From NCBI RefSeq assembly GCF_006345805.1, contig NC_043000.1:116808001-116872000 (forward strand): a stretch of 64,000 bases of DNA, read 5' to 3'. This document shows positions 14,051-28,879 of this stretch, in pieces (position 1 is the stretch's first letter; the number at the start of each line of letters is the position of its first letter). The position numbers and the translations under genes are program-made. The DNA is from Octopus sinensis (lineage: Eukaryota). The notes under the pieces were generated by a model. The model saw only the letters and a list, made by a program, of their open reading frames with translations. It was not told where the DNA came from and searched no databases.

Positions 14051-14430
14051 TATGTGCAGATTTGTATGTTTTATTTTATATGTTCTTCTCATGTATATAC
14101 TTGCATATATACTTAAATGATAAATTTCTGGAAAGTTACACAGAATTTCACAATTCCAATGATAGCTTGTATCTATAGTCTTCGAATCAACTTTCTCTTT
14201 TCTGGTCTCGATAAACCTAATTTCTCGAGATTGATATTTAGGTAGTGTGTTACATATCCCAGTGTTCCAATAATTTCAAGTATAAACCTGAACTTGTAAT
14301 CTGGATAGAGTAACTGCAGATTTCTCAATAGTTCAGCGTTTCCACTGATCTTCAGCTTTATGTTAACATCAACTCTACAGCTGATTTCCACAACTGTGCA
14401 CAGTTTCTCTTTTCTATTCCATCAGGTATA
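14050..14430 (-). mobile_element. RLE-LINE 3' end containing the endonuclease core
   Basis: WNRKEKLCTVVEISC..LRNLQLLYPDYKFRF..IIGTLGYV; the 3'UTR runs into (CATA)n on the element strand. Confidence 0.78.
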
Positions 14431-14439
14431 TTGTGTTTA

Positions 14440-14625
14440 CCCTAATCCGGCGTAAATAGGGACTAAGGGATGAACAGGGACAATAACCTGGAAAAAATAT
14501 TTTAGAACAATAAAGGTGAGATAACTTAAATTGTACTCGTTTCTTTCTAGTTATTTTGTTCTCAAATATTTTTCCCGGTTATTGTTCCTATTCACCCCTT
14601 AGTCCCAATTCACCCCGGATTAGGG
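14440..14625. mobile_element. Palindromic MITE (piggyBac-like CCCT ends)
   Basis: CCCTAATCCGG...CCGGATTAGGG with long imperfect inverted arms; flanks TTTA/TTTT rather than a clean TTAA. Confidence 0.55.
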
Positions 14626-15243
14626 TTTTAATTTATTGAGGTTTTCACTGGGACATTACACAGATAATCCTTTTTACGTCCTTGTAACTTAGCAGATTGG
14701 GAAAAAGAAACCGATCGAATAAGTAACTCACTGAAACAAATATGTAATGGGGTCGATTTATTCGATTAAACCCGTTAAGGGGGTGCCCCAGCATGTCTAC
14801 CGTCCCATGATCGAAACGAATTAAAAATAAACGTGATACACCTACGTACGCTTTTGTAAAATTTGTGTACATATTTAGTTTACTTAAGATACTACGTGCA
14901 GCTTGTCATTTCGTCCCGATCATTACCACTCGAGTCTTTCAAATATATCACTACAGACTTGTCTGGATGACATATGTTGCAGGTATCCGGAATTACGTTC
15001 TGCTCCATGTCAATATACAATGTTTGGTTTAGTATCTGGCTGGTGTTTATACAGATCTGGATAGTTGTTAATGTTACAGCTTCTTAAGCTGTTGCTATAT
15101 ATGTGGATACCATGATTTAGCTTCAAAGTTCCATCTGAATACGAAGGTTACTGGTTCAATATATCTGAAGGAAAACAATTATCAATTACCACAGAAAAGG
15201 CCTTGCTAATAAATATCGCGCGCGTGTGACTTTCAAAACGTTA

Positions 15244-15475
15244 TACAGTATTTCCTCGATTATCGCGGGTGTTACATTCTAACCTCTACCACCCCCGCGA
15301 TAGGTGAAAATCCGGGAAGTAGAAATAGTACTGTACTGTACTGTATATTTATTTTATTTTTATAAATTGTATATATATTTTACTACAAATGCAAAACAAC
15401 ACCACGGAGTAATCGCCGTAAGCTTAGATCATAAACCGCGATACGTGAACCGCGAAATGGCGAGGGATTACTGTA
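15244..15475. mobile_element. Tigger/pogo-like MITE
   Basis: TA-CAGTATTTCCTCG ... CGAGGGATTACTG-TA terminal inverted repeats with TA target duplication. Confidence 0.78.
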
Positions 15476-15583
15476 GAAATTACAGCTAGACTTTGGAAAG
15501 AGAAAATCTGGAAGACGAGAGATAATATATTTGATGTTTATAACCGACAGCATTCCAGCTGTTTGGTAGAAACGAAAACCCAT

Positions 15584-16000
15584 AAGGCAGCGGGCTGGCA
15601 GAAACGTTAGCAGGCAGGGCGAAATGCTTATCGGTATTTCGTCTGCCGCTACGTTCTGAGTTCAAATTCCGCCGAGGTCGACTTTGTCTTTCATCCTTTC
15701 GGGATCGATAAATTAAGTACCATTTACGCACTGGGGTCGATATAATCGACTTAATCCGTTTGTCTGTCCTTGTTTGTCCTCTCTGTGTTTAGCCTCTTGT
15801 GGGTAGTAAATAAATAGGTATTTCGTCTGCCTCTACTTTCTGAGTTCAAATTCCGCCGAGGTCGACTTTGCCTTTCATCCTTTCGGGGTCGACTAAATAA
15901 GTACCAGTTACACACTGGGGTCGACATAATCGACTTAATCCGTTTGTCTGTCCTTGTTTATTCCCTCTATGTTTAGCCGCTTGTGGGCAGTAAATAAATA
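15584..16000 (+). mobile_element. SINE family B, tandem dimer
   Basis: Two consecutive central-domain and tail units. Confidence 0.85.
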
Positions 16001-16470
16001 AGGAACGAAAACACCTACCTTCAAAGAAAGGTAATAGGGTGAAGCACTATCAGAGTAAATCGCTATCAGAAAGCTTATGCAATCGCAGTCTTATGAATAT
16101 ATAAAATTTAGCTTTTGTGAGATTACCTTAAAAGTATTCATGAGACTGAAGACTAATTAATGTGTGTGTGTGTGTGTGAGTGCCTGTGTGTGTGTTTGTG
16201 TGTGTGTGTGAGAGTATATATGTGTGCGCGCACACATTTGGGATTCATTTACGTTAGCATGATTCAATGTGGCCAAGCTATTGTGGACCGTGCTTATCTG
16301 TAATATTTGGTGCCTCATTATATATTGTATGCAGGCGTGTAATTATGACTGGGTGTATCGCGTGATTATACAAGTGTGTGCTTGCTTCATTAGAGTTTAT
16401 GCGCGGGGGAATATATATACATATAATACATATGTTATATATATTATTCGTGTTTCTGATGACGTGTTTC

Positions 16471-16708
16471 TAAGTGACGGGGACGTAAACACATCAAAAA
16501 TAGTTGTCAAGTAATGGTAGGGGTGGACAAACACAAACAAACACACATTTATATATACGGTGGGCTTCTTTCAGTGTTCGTCTACCAAATCCACTCACAA
16601 GGTTTTGGTTGACCCGAGGCTATAGTAGAAGACACTTGCTCAAGTTGCCACGCAGTAGGACTGAACCCGGAACCATGTGGCTGCGAAGCAAGCTTCTTAC
16701 CACAGCCA
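16471..16708 (-). mobile_element. SINE family A, partial
   Basis: Homology to other family A copies. Confidence 0.82.
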
Positions 16709-17125
16709 GTTAAATAAAAATACTGCACACTAAATGTCCATCATATTTTCTATATATGTGAATATACGCACGTACGTATATATGCAATTATACACCTATA
16801 TATCTACACATTTATATATGTACATATATACATTAAATAAAACTCATACACATTCAGAGAAATACGAGTGTTCGTATATTCATATGTGGCTATCGTGTAT
16901 TTAGTATGTTTCTTATATAACATTACATAATGAATATAAAATAACTAAATCAAGTTTTCCGTTGTAGATATACTTCAAACATATGACTAAAACTTCAAAA
17001 GGTGTTAGTTAAATTTCAGTTTGGAGAATAGATATGTTATATAATGTAACATCTCTTTCTTTCCCCCTGTTTCTCTCTGTCTCTCTCCCTCTTCCTGTCT
17101 CTCTTTCTCTGTACGTGTATATATA

Positions 17126-17200
<75 letters not shown>

Positions 17201-17372
17201 CATACACACACATATACAAAATATCAATTAGAGATAAAACCACTATTATGCAATTCAAGCAGTGATAGACATAAACCAATACATAAATAACAAATAATAT
17301 ATATATATATATATTTAAATATATAACTTATAACTAGATCTCAAAAAGTATAAAATGAATGATAAATATACG

Positions 17373-17403
<31 letters not shown>

Positions 17404-18324
17404 TATTATATATGTATATATATATATACATTATTATATATGTATGTATATATATGTATATATACATATAAGTATGTATGGATTGATGGATGATTGCGTG
17501 TGTGGTTGTGTACATGTTTATTTACTTATCGATAATGAATAAAACTTCTTTAAAGAGTAATGATAAGTAATCAGAACTTATGACTACGTCAGGTTTATCT
17601 GTCTTAAAGTAAAATAGATTTCGTTTTACGCTTTAAACGTTTAAGTCTAGATAACAAACTTTTGATTGCAATAATACTAACACAAATCCGAGCACGTTTA
17701 ATCAATAATACTAGATCTATTACATCTGAGCCATACATCCATAGCTAAAACTTTATTATTGGATATTAAATTAACATACGTTTGCTTTGAAGAAATGTAT
17801 AAAACAGAAGTATAATATTTAGACGGATCTAGTCAGCCACACATCAACGTGTCGTGATGCAACTGCGCATATACTGACTCAGTATACAAGAATGTCACTC
17901 GATGTATAGCTGTATGTTGTCATAGCCACGGACCGTAAATAGGTTTTTGAAATATGGAGGAAATGTAAGAGAATATACACCATAGAAATAAATATTTTAT
18001 AAATATACAAATACGGATGTTTGAAAAGCGCTACTCATAGTCTAAATTGTGTCTGTACGACATTTGTTATAAATACATTCTGCAACACATACGTCTTTTG
18101 GAACAACATCGGAATTACATTTATTCAATGATATTTTATAGATTCATGGAAGTGAAAATATAATGTAATGGTTGACTAAACTTATCAGGTTATTCAAACG
18201 ACTTACATATATATCTAGTTTTTCAACAAATGATGTAATAATGTAAGCGCTAACACCAATTTGTAACAGATAAAAAAGAAATATACGTGCCATTGGACAA
18301 AAATTTTCGCTGCCTACATTTCCA

Positions 18325-18867
18325 ATAAGCTTGCTTCCCAACCAGATGCTTTTGGTTCAGTCCCAATGCATAGCACCTTGGGAAACTGTCTTTTATTATA
18401 GCCTGAAGCCGACGAAAGCCTTGTGAGTGGATTTGGTAGAGGAAACTGAAAGAAGCCCGTGTATATATATTCTTATGCTTTTATTCTTTGAATTATTTCA
18501 GTTATTTGACTGCAGCCATACTGGAGCAAGGACAATAGTCGAACAAATTGACCCAATGACTTATAGTTTGTAAGCCTAGAACTTACTCTATCGACCTTTT
18601 TTGGCGCACCGCTAAGTCATGGGGATGTAAGCACACCAGCATCGGCTGTTAAACGATGATGGGTGGACAAACACACACATACACACACACACACACATTT
18701 ATGTATATATACCACAGGCTTCTTTCAGTTACCGTCTGCCAAATTCAAGCCTCTGGTCAATCCGAGGCTATAGTAGAAGGCACTTAAGGTGACATGCAGT
18801 GGGACCGAACCTAGAACCATGTGGCTGGGAAGCAAGCTACTTGCCCCACAGCCTCTCCTGCGCCTAT
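18325..18867. mobile_element. Two adjacent inverted SINE A copies (18325-18462 plus; 18478-18867 minus)
   Basis: Homology to family A in both orientations. Confidence 0.8.
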
Positions 18868-18880
18868 ATATGTATATATA

Positions 18881-18945
<65 letters not shown>

Positions 18946-19132
18946 CCAAAATGAGCACCAAGAATGACTCCGGTAACTTGTTGCTTATTACCGGAGTCAT
19001 TCTTGTTGCTTATTTTAATTATAATCACCCCACGGATTGTTACGAATAACACCATACAAAATTCTGGTGCATCTAAATTAAGTACCATATTCATTTGAAT
19101 CTAAATTTTTGCTGTATATATATATATATATA

Positions 19133-19310
19133 TACGTAGTCAGATCAATAAGTATCCGTACTCTTGCCATAGTAACGAAACTAAAGAACGCGGAGTGAAG
19201 TCACTTGGTACAGATTGACCTTCAACTTTGCACTGCAGGCACACTGCTGTTTACAGCAGTGCTTGGAAGGAACGTGTGTAGCGTTTGATCATCGCATTGA
19301 CCATGATTCA
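19133..19310 (+). mobile_element. Probable mariner 5' terminal fragment
   Basis: TACGTAGTCAGATCAATAAGTATCCG start resembles mariner TIRs (TA...CAATAAGT); abuts (TA)n; no ORF. Confidence 0.5.
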
Positions 19311-19856
19311 GTTGACCAAGATTCATTTTGATTAGTTACTTAAATCGAGTTACCTCCTTAGTTCAGAATAATCTGCTCACCCCAACAATATTATTTGAAT
19401 ATTGAATATCAAGACTCCGTGTAGGTGTATTCCTACCCAATATTTATGTCCTGTGTGTAGACAACGCAACGCAGCTAAGTTGAAATATCTGCTCTTAGTA
19501 TTTCAGAAATGTACTTTTCATGAGGGTAGTTTCTGTAATATTTCCGAGGTACAAATTTCAAGGTAAGAGAACAATATATATTTAAGTAACAAATATGTCC
19601 ATGTGTTAATTCGTTAAAACCCTTTCAAGCGGCTCTATCTAATGTAAATTTGTTAAAAAATGGTTTACAACTTGTACATACCTACCCATATACATACATA
19701 CACACATGCTTACATGCATGCATGCATGCATACATACATACATACATACATACATACATACATGCATGCATGCATGCATGCATACACACATACATACATG
19801 CATACATACATACAGACATATAACTCTTTATAAATCAAAGAATAAAATATATCTAT

Positions 19857-20195
19857 GGAAAACTGATTCGAAACCTTCAGCTTCTCTATCCAGACTATGA
19901 ATTCATATTCATACCAATAATAATTGGAGGGCTAGGTTTGGTTAGAAAATGCTTAAAGGAGAATCTGGAAAAAACTGGGATTTTCAGAAAGAGAAATTGA
20001 CCGGCTGATTCGTACAATACAACTGCAATCTGTGAGTGGAACAGTAAATATATGCAAGATTTTTCTCAAGTTCCAAATGTGAATTAGTCTGTGTTAACTA
20101 CATCCCAAAGATGGAGCCTTGTATATTTGTTGGAAACAGGCTTCCTCTTCAGTGGAAAAATTTATAATAATTTTTAAAAATAGAAGAGACATACA
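19857..20195 (+). mobile_element. RLE-LINE 3' end, second subfamily
   Basis: LIRNLQLLYPDYEFIFIPIIIGGLGLV..SGTVNICKIFLKFQM*, then a 3'UTR ending in CATA repeats. Confidence 0.75.
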
Positions 20196-20649
20196 TGCAT
20201 ACATGCATACAAACGCATACATTTGAATGGAAAGATTCGAGTTATCGTGGCTATATCCCAAACAACAATTGCTCAAGTGAAATAGTTTGTGCCGCATGAA
20301 AAAAAATGTATTATCATTTTAGTGAAATATTTCAATAAATTTAACATATTTTCACACATCACTCTAATCCCCTTTCCTTCACACCCTTGCCTCTCACTCT
20401 CTAGTTTTAGTTCATAATCCTTTTTCTTCCATTCGCACACACTTTCTCCCCTCACTCGCTCATGGGACCAAGTTTATTTAGTTTCTTGCTTTTTATTATT
20501 GTTTTTCTGTCTATCTTTTCTTCGTTTCTTCTTGTGTTTTCTTGAAAATTTTTTCTCTTATTCTCCTTTTTTATTGATTCCCATCGACAAAAGACGGACA
20601 AATGATTTATGTATTTATGGATATGCATGTGTATATACACGTTCGTCTA

Positions 20650-20660
20650 CGTGTATATAT

Positions 20661-20757
<97 letters not shown>

Positions 20758-20859
20758 TATATACACATATACATATATATATATACACACATGTACATAT
20801 ATATATATAGTAATATATACATATATAACTATTTGTATATATATATATATATATGCATG

Positions 20860-20890
<31 letters not shown>

Positions 20891-21010
20891 TATATATATA
20901 CATATGCGTATATGTATATTTACATGAGTGTATACATGTATATACATATGCATTTCTCTCTCTATTTCCCTCTCTCCCTCTCTCGTTTTCTCTCTCTCTC
21001 CCTCTCTCGT

Positions 21011-21042
<32 letters not shown>

Positions 21043-21070
21043 CATAGTTATATATACATATATAACTACT

Positions 21071-21127
<57 letters not shown>

Positions 21128-21209
21128 CATATCTGTATATATATGTGTGTATATACATATGCAATTCTCACTCAATTTCTCTCTCTCTCCCTCTCTCTCT
21201 CTCTCTCTT

Positions 21210-21240
<31 letters not shown>

Positions 21241-21260
21241 GCTATATATATATATATATA
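20650..21260. repeat. Compound (TA)n/(CT)n microsatellite
   Basis: Direct inspection. Confidence 0.95.
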
Positions 21261-21797
21261 GATGTATATGTGTGTTGGTATTTTATTAGCTAGAATTACA
21301 GTTAATGACGATCAGAGGGAGCAATGGTTAAGTATTGCAGGGAGGTAGAATGACGACAAAGACGTTATCGCGTTGGTGGATGAAATAAGGCTCTGAGAAT
21401 TAATCATTATGATTGATACTTCCGTTAATTGAAAACAATCAGTAAATCAACCGCAAGAACATAATCCCCTTGACAGCTTGGAGTTAATCTTTATGACACA
21501 TGTAGTATAATCCTTATGGCAAATAGTAAAATAATTCTCAACATTAAGGATGACGTCGCTGTCATTTTATTTTCATCCTTGTTTTGATTCTCGCTGTTCG
21601 TCATGCATATCACGGTTTCGTATTGGTTGGCGGGTAACGACACTGATCCGCAGTTTTTTTTTTCGCTGAAGTTGTAAACGGGACCATTAGTCAGGTGCTA
21701 CGTGTGACTGATGTGACAAAACCATGCCGAAGCAATGGTGGTTCCAGAATGCTTCGTGCTTATGAATCGAGCGTGTTATGAACATATTCGTCGTAAG

Positions 21798-22072
21798 TGG
21801 AGGCACATGGCCTAGTGGTTAGAGCAGCAGACTCGCGGTCGAGGGATCGCGGGTTCGAATTTCAAACCGGGTGATGTGTATGTTTATGAGCGAAACACCT
21901 AAGCTCCACGCGGCTCCGGCAGAAGGTAATGGCGAACTTTTGACTCTTTCGCCACAGCATTCTCTCACTCTTTCCTCCTGCATCTTGTAGCTCACCTGCG
22001 ACGGACCGGCGTCCCGTCCAGGTGGGGAACCTATGCGCTAATGAGCCAGGCGTGGCACGAGAAGGAACAAAC
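21798..22072 (+). mobile_element. SINE family C (V-domain-like)
   Basis: tRNA head; CCTGCGACGGACCGGCGTCCCGTCCAGG resembles the V-SINE domain; TSD ATAT(T/A)CGTCGTAAG. Confidence 0.85.
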
Positions 22073-22654
22073 AAAATATACGTCGTAAGAATGTTGCTCG
22101 CTTATGATGAAACTCTAATTTGCTTCCAAATATTCTAAATAAATATGGTTAGTTCGCATTATTCCTTAAGGGGCGCAAAGGGCCGTTTTCCCAGCTTTTC
22201 TGGTGTATATGTTCCTCTCTAGACGGGACGCCGTTCCATAGCAGGACTACTCATTTTACTAGCCGAGTGGAATGTAGTAACGTGAAAGGAAATGTTATCC
22301 TCAAGAGAACTATGCATCAATCGGTCCAATAATCGAAACAGCAAGCTTACGATCATTAGTCAAACAACCTGACGCCTAAGCCATACACTTGCAACAAAAT
22401 AAATATGCAAATCATTTTCTCCAATCAATTTTCCAATAACAAGATTCGAGACACTGTACAAGAACAAAACACAACGGAAAACACTTTCACTGTACCATTA
22501 CACGATGTGTAACATTAAATATACACAGTGACACAATATACAACAAACCACGCATATACAACATATAAAATATCTTAAGAGTACATTTCAAAAATATATA
22601 AAGGAAACTTCAATTTTATAAATATATACCCACTCGTATGCCACCTATACTTAT

Positions 22655-22690
<36 letters not shown>

Positions 22691-22854
22691 CAATTGCACA
22701 TTTGTTTGTATGTAAGTATTTATGTAGCGTCACCAAACAGCTATTTATTTTGGTGGAAGTGCATGGTTTAGGTGTCAGGTTGTTTGGACGTTATCCAACT
22801 GATTAACTCGCTCTATTTGTGCAGCAAGGGACGACAGAAGTAACTGTTATGTAT

Positions 22855-22886
<32 letters not shown>

Positions 22887-23911
22887 ATATATATATATAT
22901 ATATACATGTTTATGTATGTGTCTGTATTTGGATTTGGATATGGTGTTGAGCCACAAGATAAGAAAGACTTGGATGCTACCCAGTTGATTAGCTGATTAA
23001 AATCTGTTATCTACGCCAATGTATCGAAGAAGGAAACAGCTTAAAACACAAAATAATCTAAGATGATTCCAATACATTCTTGATAACGATTGAAATAACG
23101 TGGCAAACCATACGCCCGAGTTTCACTCTTAACATATATATTCACTTCAATGCACTGTCCGTTTTATGTCAGACGAAGATGTGAGGAAACGAAGCGAGAG
23201 AAACCAATAAGTTCAACATGATTAGCGAGTTCAATGAAAATATTGTCATTTATTTAATTAGAGAATTATAGACTGTTAAAAGAAAAAAAAACGATGGCGT
23301 TTGGATTACATTTTTGTGTTTAAATATTACTCTAGTTTATTTAACTTTACATCCCTTTGTGTTTTATGAAATATATATCTCCGTCAGTTACTGCATTTTA
23401 TTCAATCATTGATATCGCACTATTAGAAAACTATAAATCGATCAAAGAAATTAATCATTTATTTATTTCATCAATAATTTTCAGAATTCCAAAAGACGGA
23501 GAATAAATATATGTCAGAATTGATTGAATTACCACCTCTGTCATTTATTAATCATCTGAGATCAAAAGTACAAGTATATAAAATAGCTTCCAGCAGGCCT
23601 GAGTTTGTATATATATTAGTATAATATACCTAGGGGTATTTCGTGGATACTACACCTTAAATGCGATTTCACCTTTGCAATGGCTAAAATTAAATTTATA
23701 AAGTTTAGCCACCACGAGTAAATGCAATAACACGGTCGCGTAATCATAGGAATGAAATATATTTCTTGAATTTAATCACCACAAAAAAATATTTCATTTG
23801 TTTGTACAGTATACTTACATAGAAAAACTTGAACATTCACACATACATAAACATATTTCGGCATATACAGGCAAATCTCTCTCTCTCTCTCTCTTTCGTT
23901 CCAAAAATGAA

Positions 23912-24118
23912 TACAGTAATTCCTCGCTATATCACGGTTTACTTATCGCGGTTTATCATTTAAGCTTACGTCGATTCATCCGTGGTGCTGTTTACATTTA
24001 TAATAAAATAAATATATACAAATTATAAAAATAATTAATAAATATATACTTCGCGGATATTCACCGATTGCTGAGGATTTTGTAACGTAGAATCCGCGAT
24101 GGTCGAGGTATTACTGTA
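23912..24118. mobile_element. Tigger/pogo-like MITE, same family in opposite orientation
   Basis: TA-CAGTAATTCCTCG ... CGAGGTATTACTG-TA; interior is homologous to 15244-15475 in reverse. Confidence 0.78.
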
Positions 24119-24219
24119 CACAATTTAACGAATGATAAATCACTAAATTTTAATTTCTTTTTAGATTTGACCCACTAAAATAATTACAGGAGACCCATTA
24201 AAATAATGAAGCTTGGGAC

Positions 24220-24300
<81 letters not shown>

Positions 24301-24439
24301 GAGAGAGAGAGTGAGAGAGAGAAGAGGAGTATGTAGATTACAGCGGCTTCAGTGCTGAAGTTGTACTTATTTTATCGAGCCTGAAATAATGTTTTCCAAT
24401 TTTGTCACATAGGTATTAATCATAAAGGAGGAAATGAGT

Positions 24440-24832
24440 TTATTCCATCGACCCCAGTGTTCAACTGGTACTTATTTTTATCGAGCCTCAAAAAGATGAA
24501 AGGAATGTCGACCTGGGCGGTATTTGAACTCAGAACGTAAAGACAGATGAAATGCCGCTAAGTACCGCAGTCGGTGTGATAACGATTCTGCTAGCTTGCC
24601 GTCTTGCTTTTAATGTTCTTTTTTTCTACTCAAGGCACAAAGCTCGAAATTTTTGAGGAGGGGACCAGTCGATAAGATCGACCCCAGTAGGCAACTGCTG
24701 CTTAATTTATTGGCCCCGAAAGGATAAAAGGCAAAGTCGATCTCGGAGGAATTTGAACTCGGGAGGTAAAGACGGACGAAATGCCGATAAGTACCTTACT
24801 CGGCGTGCTAACGATTCTGCCAGCTTGCCACC
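24440..24832 (-). mobile_element. Two SINE family B copies
   Basis: Homology to family B. Confidence 0.8.
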
Positions 24833-25984
24833 TTGCTGCTTCTCATGTTTTATTAAAATTCCTTTACAGTAGAAAAGGTTAGAGTTAATACATTTGACTA
24901 GAGTGTAATTTTTTTATTTGTACAATGAACCAACGGAATTTGTTATGGAAAGAGGGAGATAAAAATTGGAAGGTATATTGTACAAAATAACATTACCTAT
25001 TCTAATTTGTCTTAAGTTCATAATATATGTGTGTGTACGCGCATCCGAGTGTGAGTGTGGATGTGTATGTGTGTTTTTGCTGAACGGCATCTTGTTATTG
25101 ACACCAAATTATTAGCTTGTGGAATCGTAAATTCAATTATACCTAACCAAAAATACCTAACATCACTGCAAACTTCTTTGAGAAATTCTGTGAAAAATGA
25201 ATAGGTCGAAATAATAGGTAGATAATACAAGGTTATTGTATATCAAAAATTCGATTAAAATAATTGAAAAAATACGATGTTTACTAATTAGGTCTTTTGG
25301 CTTCTCTTGGGATTATTGATTAAAATCGCTTTGATATATTTTATCTGTGGAATCGCTTTTATGAATTACTTTGTTATAATTATGAGAAATATTATTCATT
25401 GGTGAGTAGTATAAAGCATTGCCTTGTTGGGCAATAAATTTCCTAGGATTGTAGAAGAATATTTTGCATCGTTATTGATATAGATATCATTTATTTAGTA
25501 TTCTATCATGGTAGAATTTATTCATTTCTAATATTCAAAAGAACGCACTGAAAAATTTACTAAGTTGACATAAATGTCAGCTATAATGCGCAAGACTTGA
25601 TAAAAGTTGGTTTTGGTTTATAGTTTGCAAAATGGTGGATGTGAATCTGCGAGTTGTAACATATATCGTGGTATCTCTGGAGTGGGAGTCATTGCGCTAA
25701 TAATAAACACCCTCGCTATTTCTATTTCTTTTCTTAATTATTTCCTTTTGAGTTAATTAATTTTCCAACCAGTTGACAAACCTAAATGATAGATCGTTTA
25801 ACTGAACGGTTAAGTAAACAATCGATTAATTAATTGATTATATAGGTAATGAAATGATCAAAAATAATGAAGTGAAATAGAACCAGTGTGTGTACTGAAT
25901 ACTGGCATAATGACACTCCCGAGATTCACCAAATTCATAAAATTCTTTTCTACTCGACACACAAGGCCCGACATTTTAGGAGAG

Positions 25985-26158
25985 GGAGCTAGCCGATAAG
26001 ATCCACCACAGTATGCAACTGGTACTTAATTTATTGACCCCGAAAGGATGGAAGGCAAAGTCGACATAGGCGCAATTTTATCTCAGAACGTAAAGACAGA
26101 CGAAATCCGCTAAGTATTTCGCCCGGCGTGCTAATATTTCTGTCAGCTCAACGCCTTA
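25985..26158 (-). mobile_element. SINE family B
   Basis: Homology to family B. Confidence 0.8.
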
Positions 26159-26521
26159 ATTCATAAAATTCTTTGTACATAACCTACATATATTTTGACC
26201 ATTCCTGTTATGTGAAAATATAAAATATTGTGGAGGTTTTTTAATAATTTAGAAATTTTTTGAAGAACTTGCACAATATATTTTTCAATAAGTTCACCTA
26301 ACTATAACTCAATTCGTGTCATGTAAATAAGTATAGCAACAGAAACCCAAGAAACTTTTGGAGACAAAAATTATCTTGATGTCAGAATTCCAAGTTTGCA
26401 GGGTGGTACTTATGTAACTGCTTGATTTGTGGGAAAGTGATTAAGTTAAGGGAAGAATAAAAGTATATAATATCGAATGCGGTAAATTTTCAATTGTCAC
26501 TGTCGTGAAAATCATTGAAGT

Positions 26522-26695
26522 GTATTATTTACTTATTTATATTTGATGGATATTTGTCTTCATCTTGTTTGTTGTTAATACGACTTATCGGCTGATATAC
26601 GCTCCAGCCTTCATCAGGTGTCTTGTGGAAATAATTTCGAATCTGGACTATCATTCCTAAGGTATTTTTCGATGTTTTTATTATTATTATTATTA

Positions 26696-26754
<59 letters not shown>

Positions 26755-26787
26755 TCTCTACCTGGAATCGAACTCAAAATCTTGGGA

Positions 26788-26875
<88 letters not shown>

Positions 26876-27074
26876 TATAATAATAATAATAATAATAATA
26901 ATAACATCGAAAAATACCTTAGGTATGAGAACCCATGTTCGAAATTTACCCAAGACACCTGATGAAGGCTGGAAACCCTGTGTTAACAACAAAGAAGACG
27001 ACGACAAATATCCGTCAAATATAAATAATGTAAATAATGTACATAATTCCTCATCTCTTAAATATAGAACTGTA
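26522..27074. mobile_element. Fold-back pair of a B-box/(AAT)n/degenerate-HHR element
   Basis: The left arm (minus) mirrors the right arm (plus): (TTA)n versus (AAT)n, and AAGACACCTGATGAAGGCTG occurs in both. B-box-like GAGTTCGATTCC lies on the minus strand at 26764-26775. Confidence 0.75.
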
Positions 27075-28149
27075 CCATTTAAGCATTTCATACATATATA
27101 CTTTGATTCCATGTTTATAAGCATCTGAGGGGGATTGCTTAAGACAGTATAGTTACAACTGGATCTAACTAGTTGTCGTCTATTGGAAGTACAGTGCCCA
27201 ATCATCAGACAGTTTGGTCTTCAGTTCAAAGGATTCTGCTAATGTTATCATTGACAGCTATATAGATGTTACTTTTTGAATTCGTGGGATTTGACACAAA
27301 TTAAATTTATCATTTATAAGTCTATTGAGTTCGTATATTATTATGGTGAAATTCAGGTGCTACAGGTTAGTTTCCTACTGTTGATTGCGGGGCACACAAC
27401 CAGCATCATGTGAATCGATAAATTGATATCACGAATCATTAAATGATTTCAATTTATTTTCCATTCTCTTCAAGTTTGAATATTCAACTAAAACTGAAAC
27501 CGGTAGCATATTTTTATAAGATTCCTTTTATTAGGGATTTTACTTTCATTTTTTGTTTTGTTTTTGCATTCACAATTTCTTATCAGTTGTCCAGTTCTGT
27601 ACTACCGAGTGATCTATTGCTTAATACCCAACAGAAGCATCTGACCCTCCTCTCTTTTTCCATTCACTATCCCGTTATTTGCTAGCTTATAATCTCTTTC
27701 CGATGTTCTTTATTGTTCCTTTTCTGTAGTTGTTCATGCATTCGGTGCTCTCTATCACTGTGGGTGTGAACAAAGATCAATGCTTTTTCTTTTCTTTTCA
27801 TTCTTTCTTTCTTTCTTTCTACATTCGGAAGCGGTGAGACTCTGCAGTACCTTAATATATTCTCAACCTACATCTGCTAACACTCTACTGGAAAGTAGCT
27901 TTTACTTCATCTGTGACAAATAGCTGCATACAAGTGGTTACTTGCTTCGTTGGTAAAATAGTTTCCATGCTGCTTTCATCAATATTGGTAAATTGATGCC
28001 TCCGATACCTTCTATGGCAGTCTGAAAAAGAGTTTTGATGCAGAAAAGCTCAATTTCGTTGTTGGTGCTGCCATTATATAATCTTCGTGCATTCTTTTTT
28101 CCGCAAAAATCGTACATCCTGCTACTCATTCATCAATGTTTGTATATAT

Positions 28150-28686
<537 letters not shown>

Positions 28687-28879
28687 TGGCTATCTTTATA
28701 TCCTGCTGAAGGTGAATACATCGTTAGAAGACTCTATTAATGCAACATTCACTTTAAGTGATTTCACATAAACGTATAATGCTGAAAACAAATACATACA
28801 TTCATACATACATACATGCATACATGAATACATACATACTTACATGCGTGTATGTATACATACATATGTATATACATAC

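Noticed and set aside
14900-15165. Minus-strand acceptor followed by coding-looking sequence
   Set aside because: All three frames from the acceptor hit early stops
19507-19562. Candidate exon TTTCAG|...AAG|GTAAGA (also 11000-11020 within a SINE remnant, and 54876-54885)
   Set aside because: No recognisable product or consistent phase chain; the number of such pairs is compatible with chance in 64 kb of AT-rich DNA
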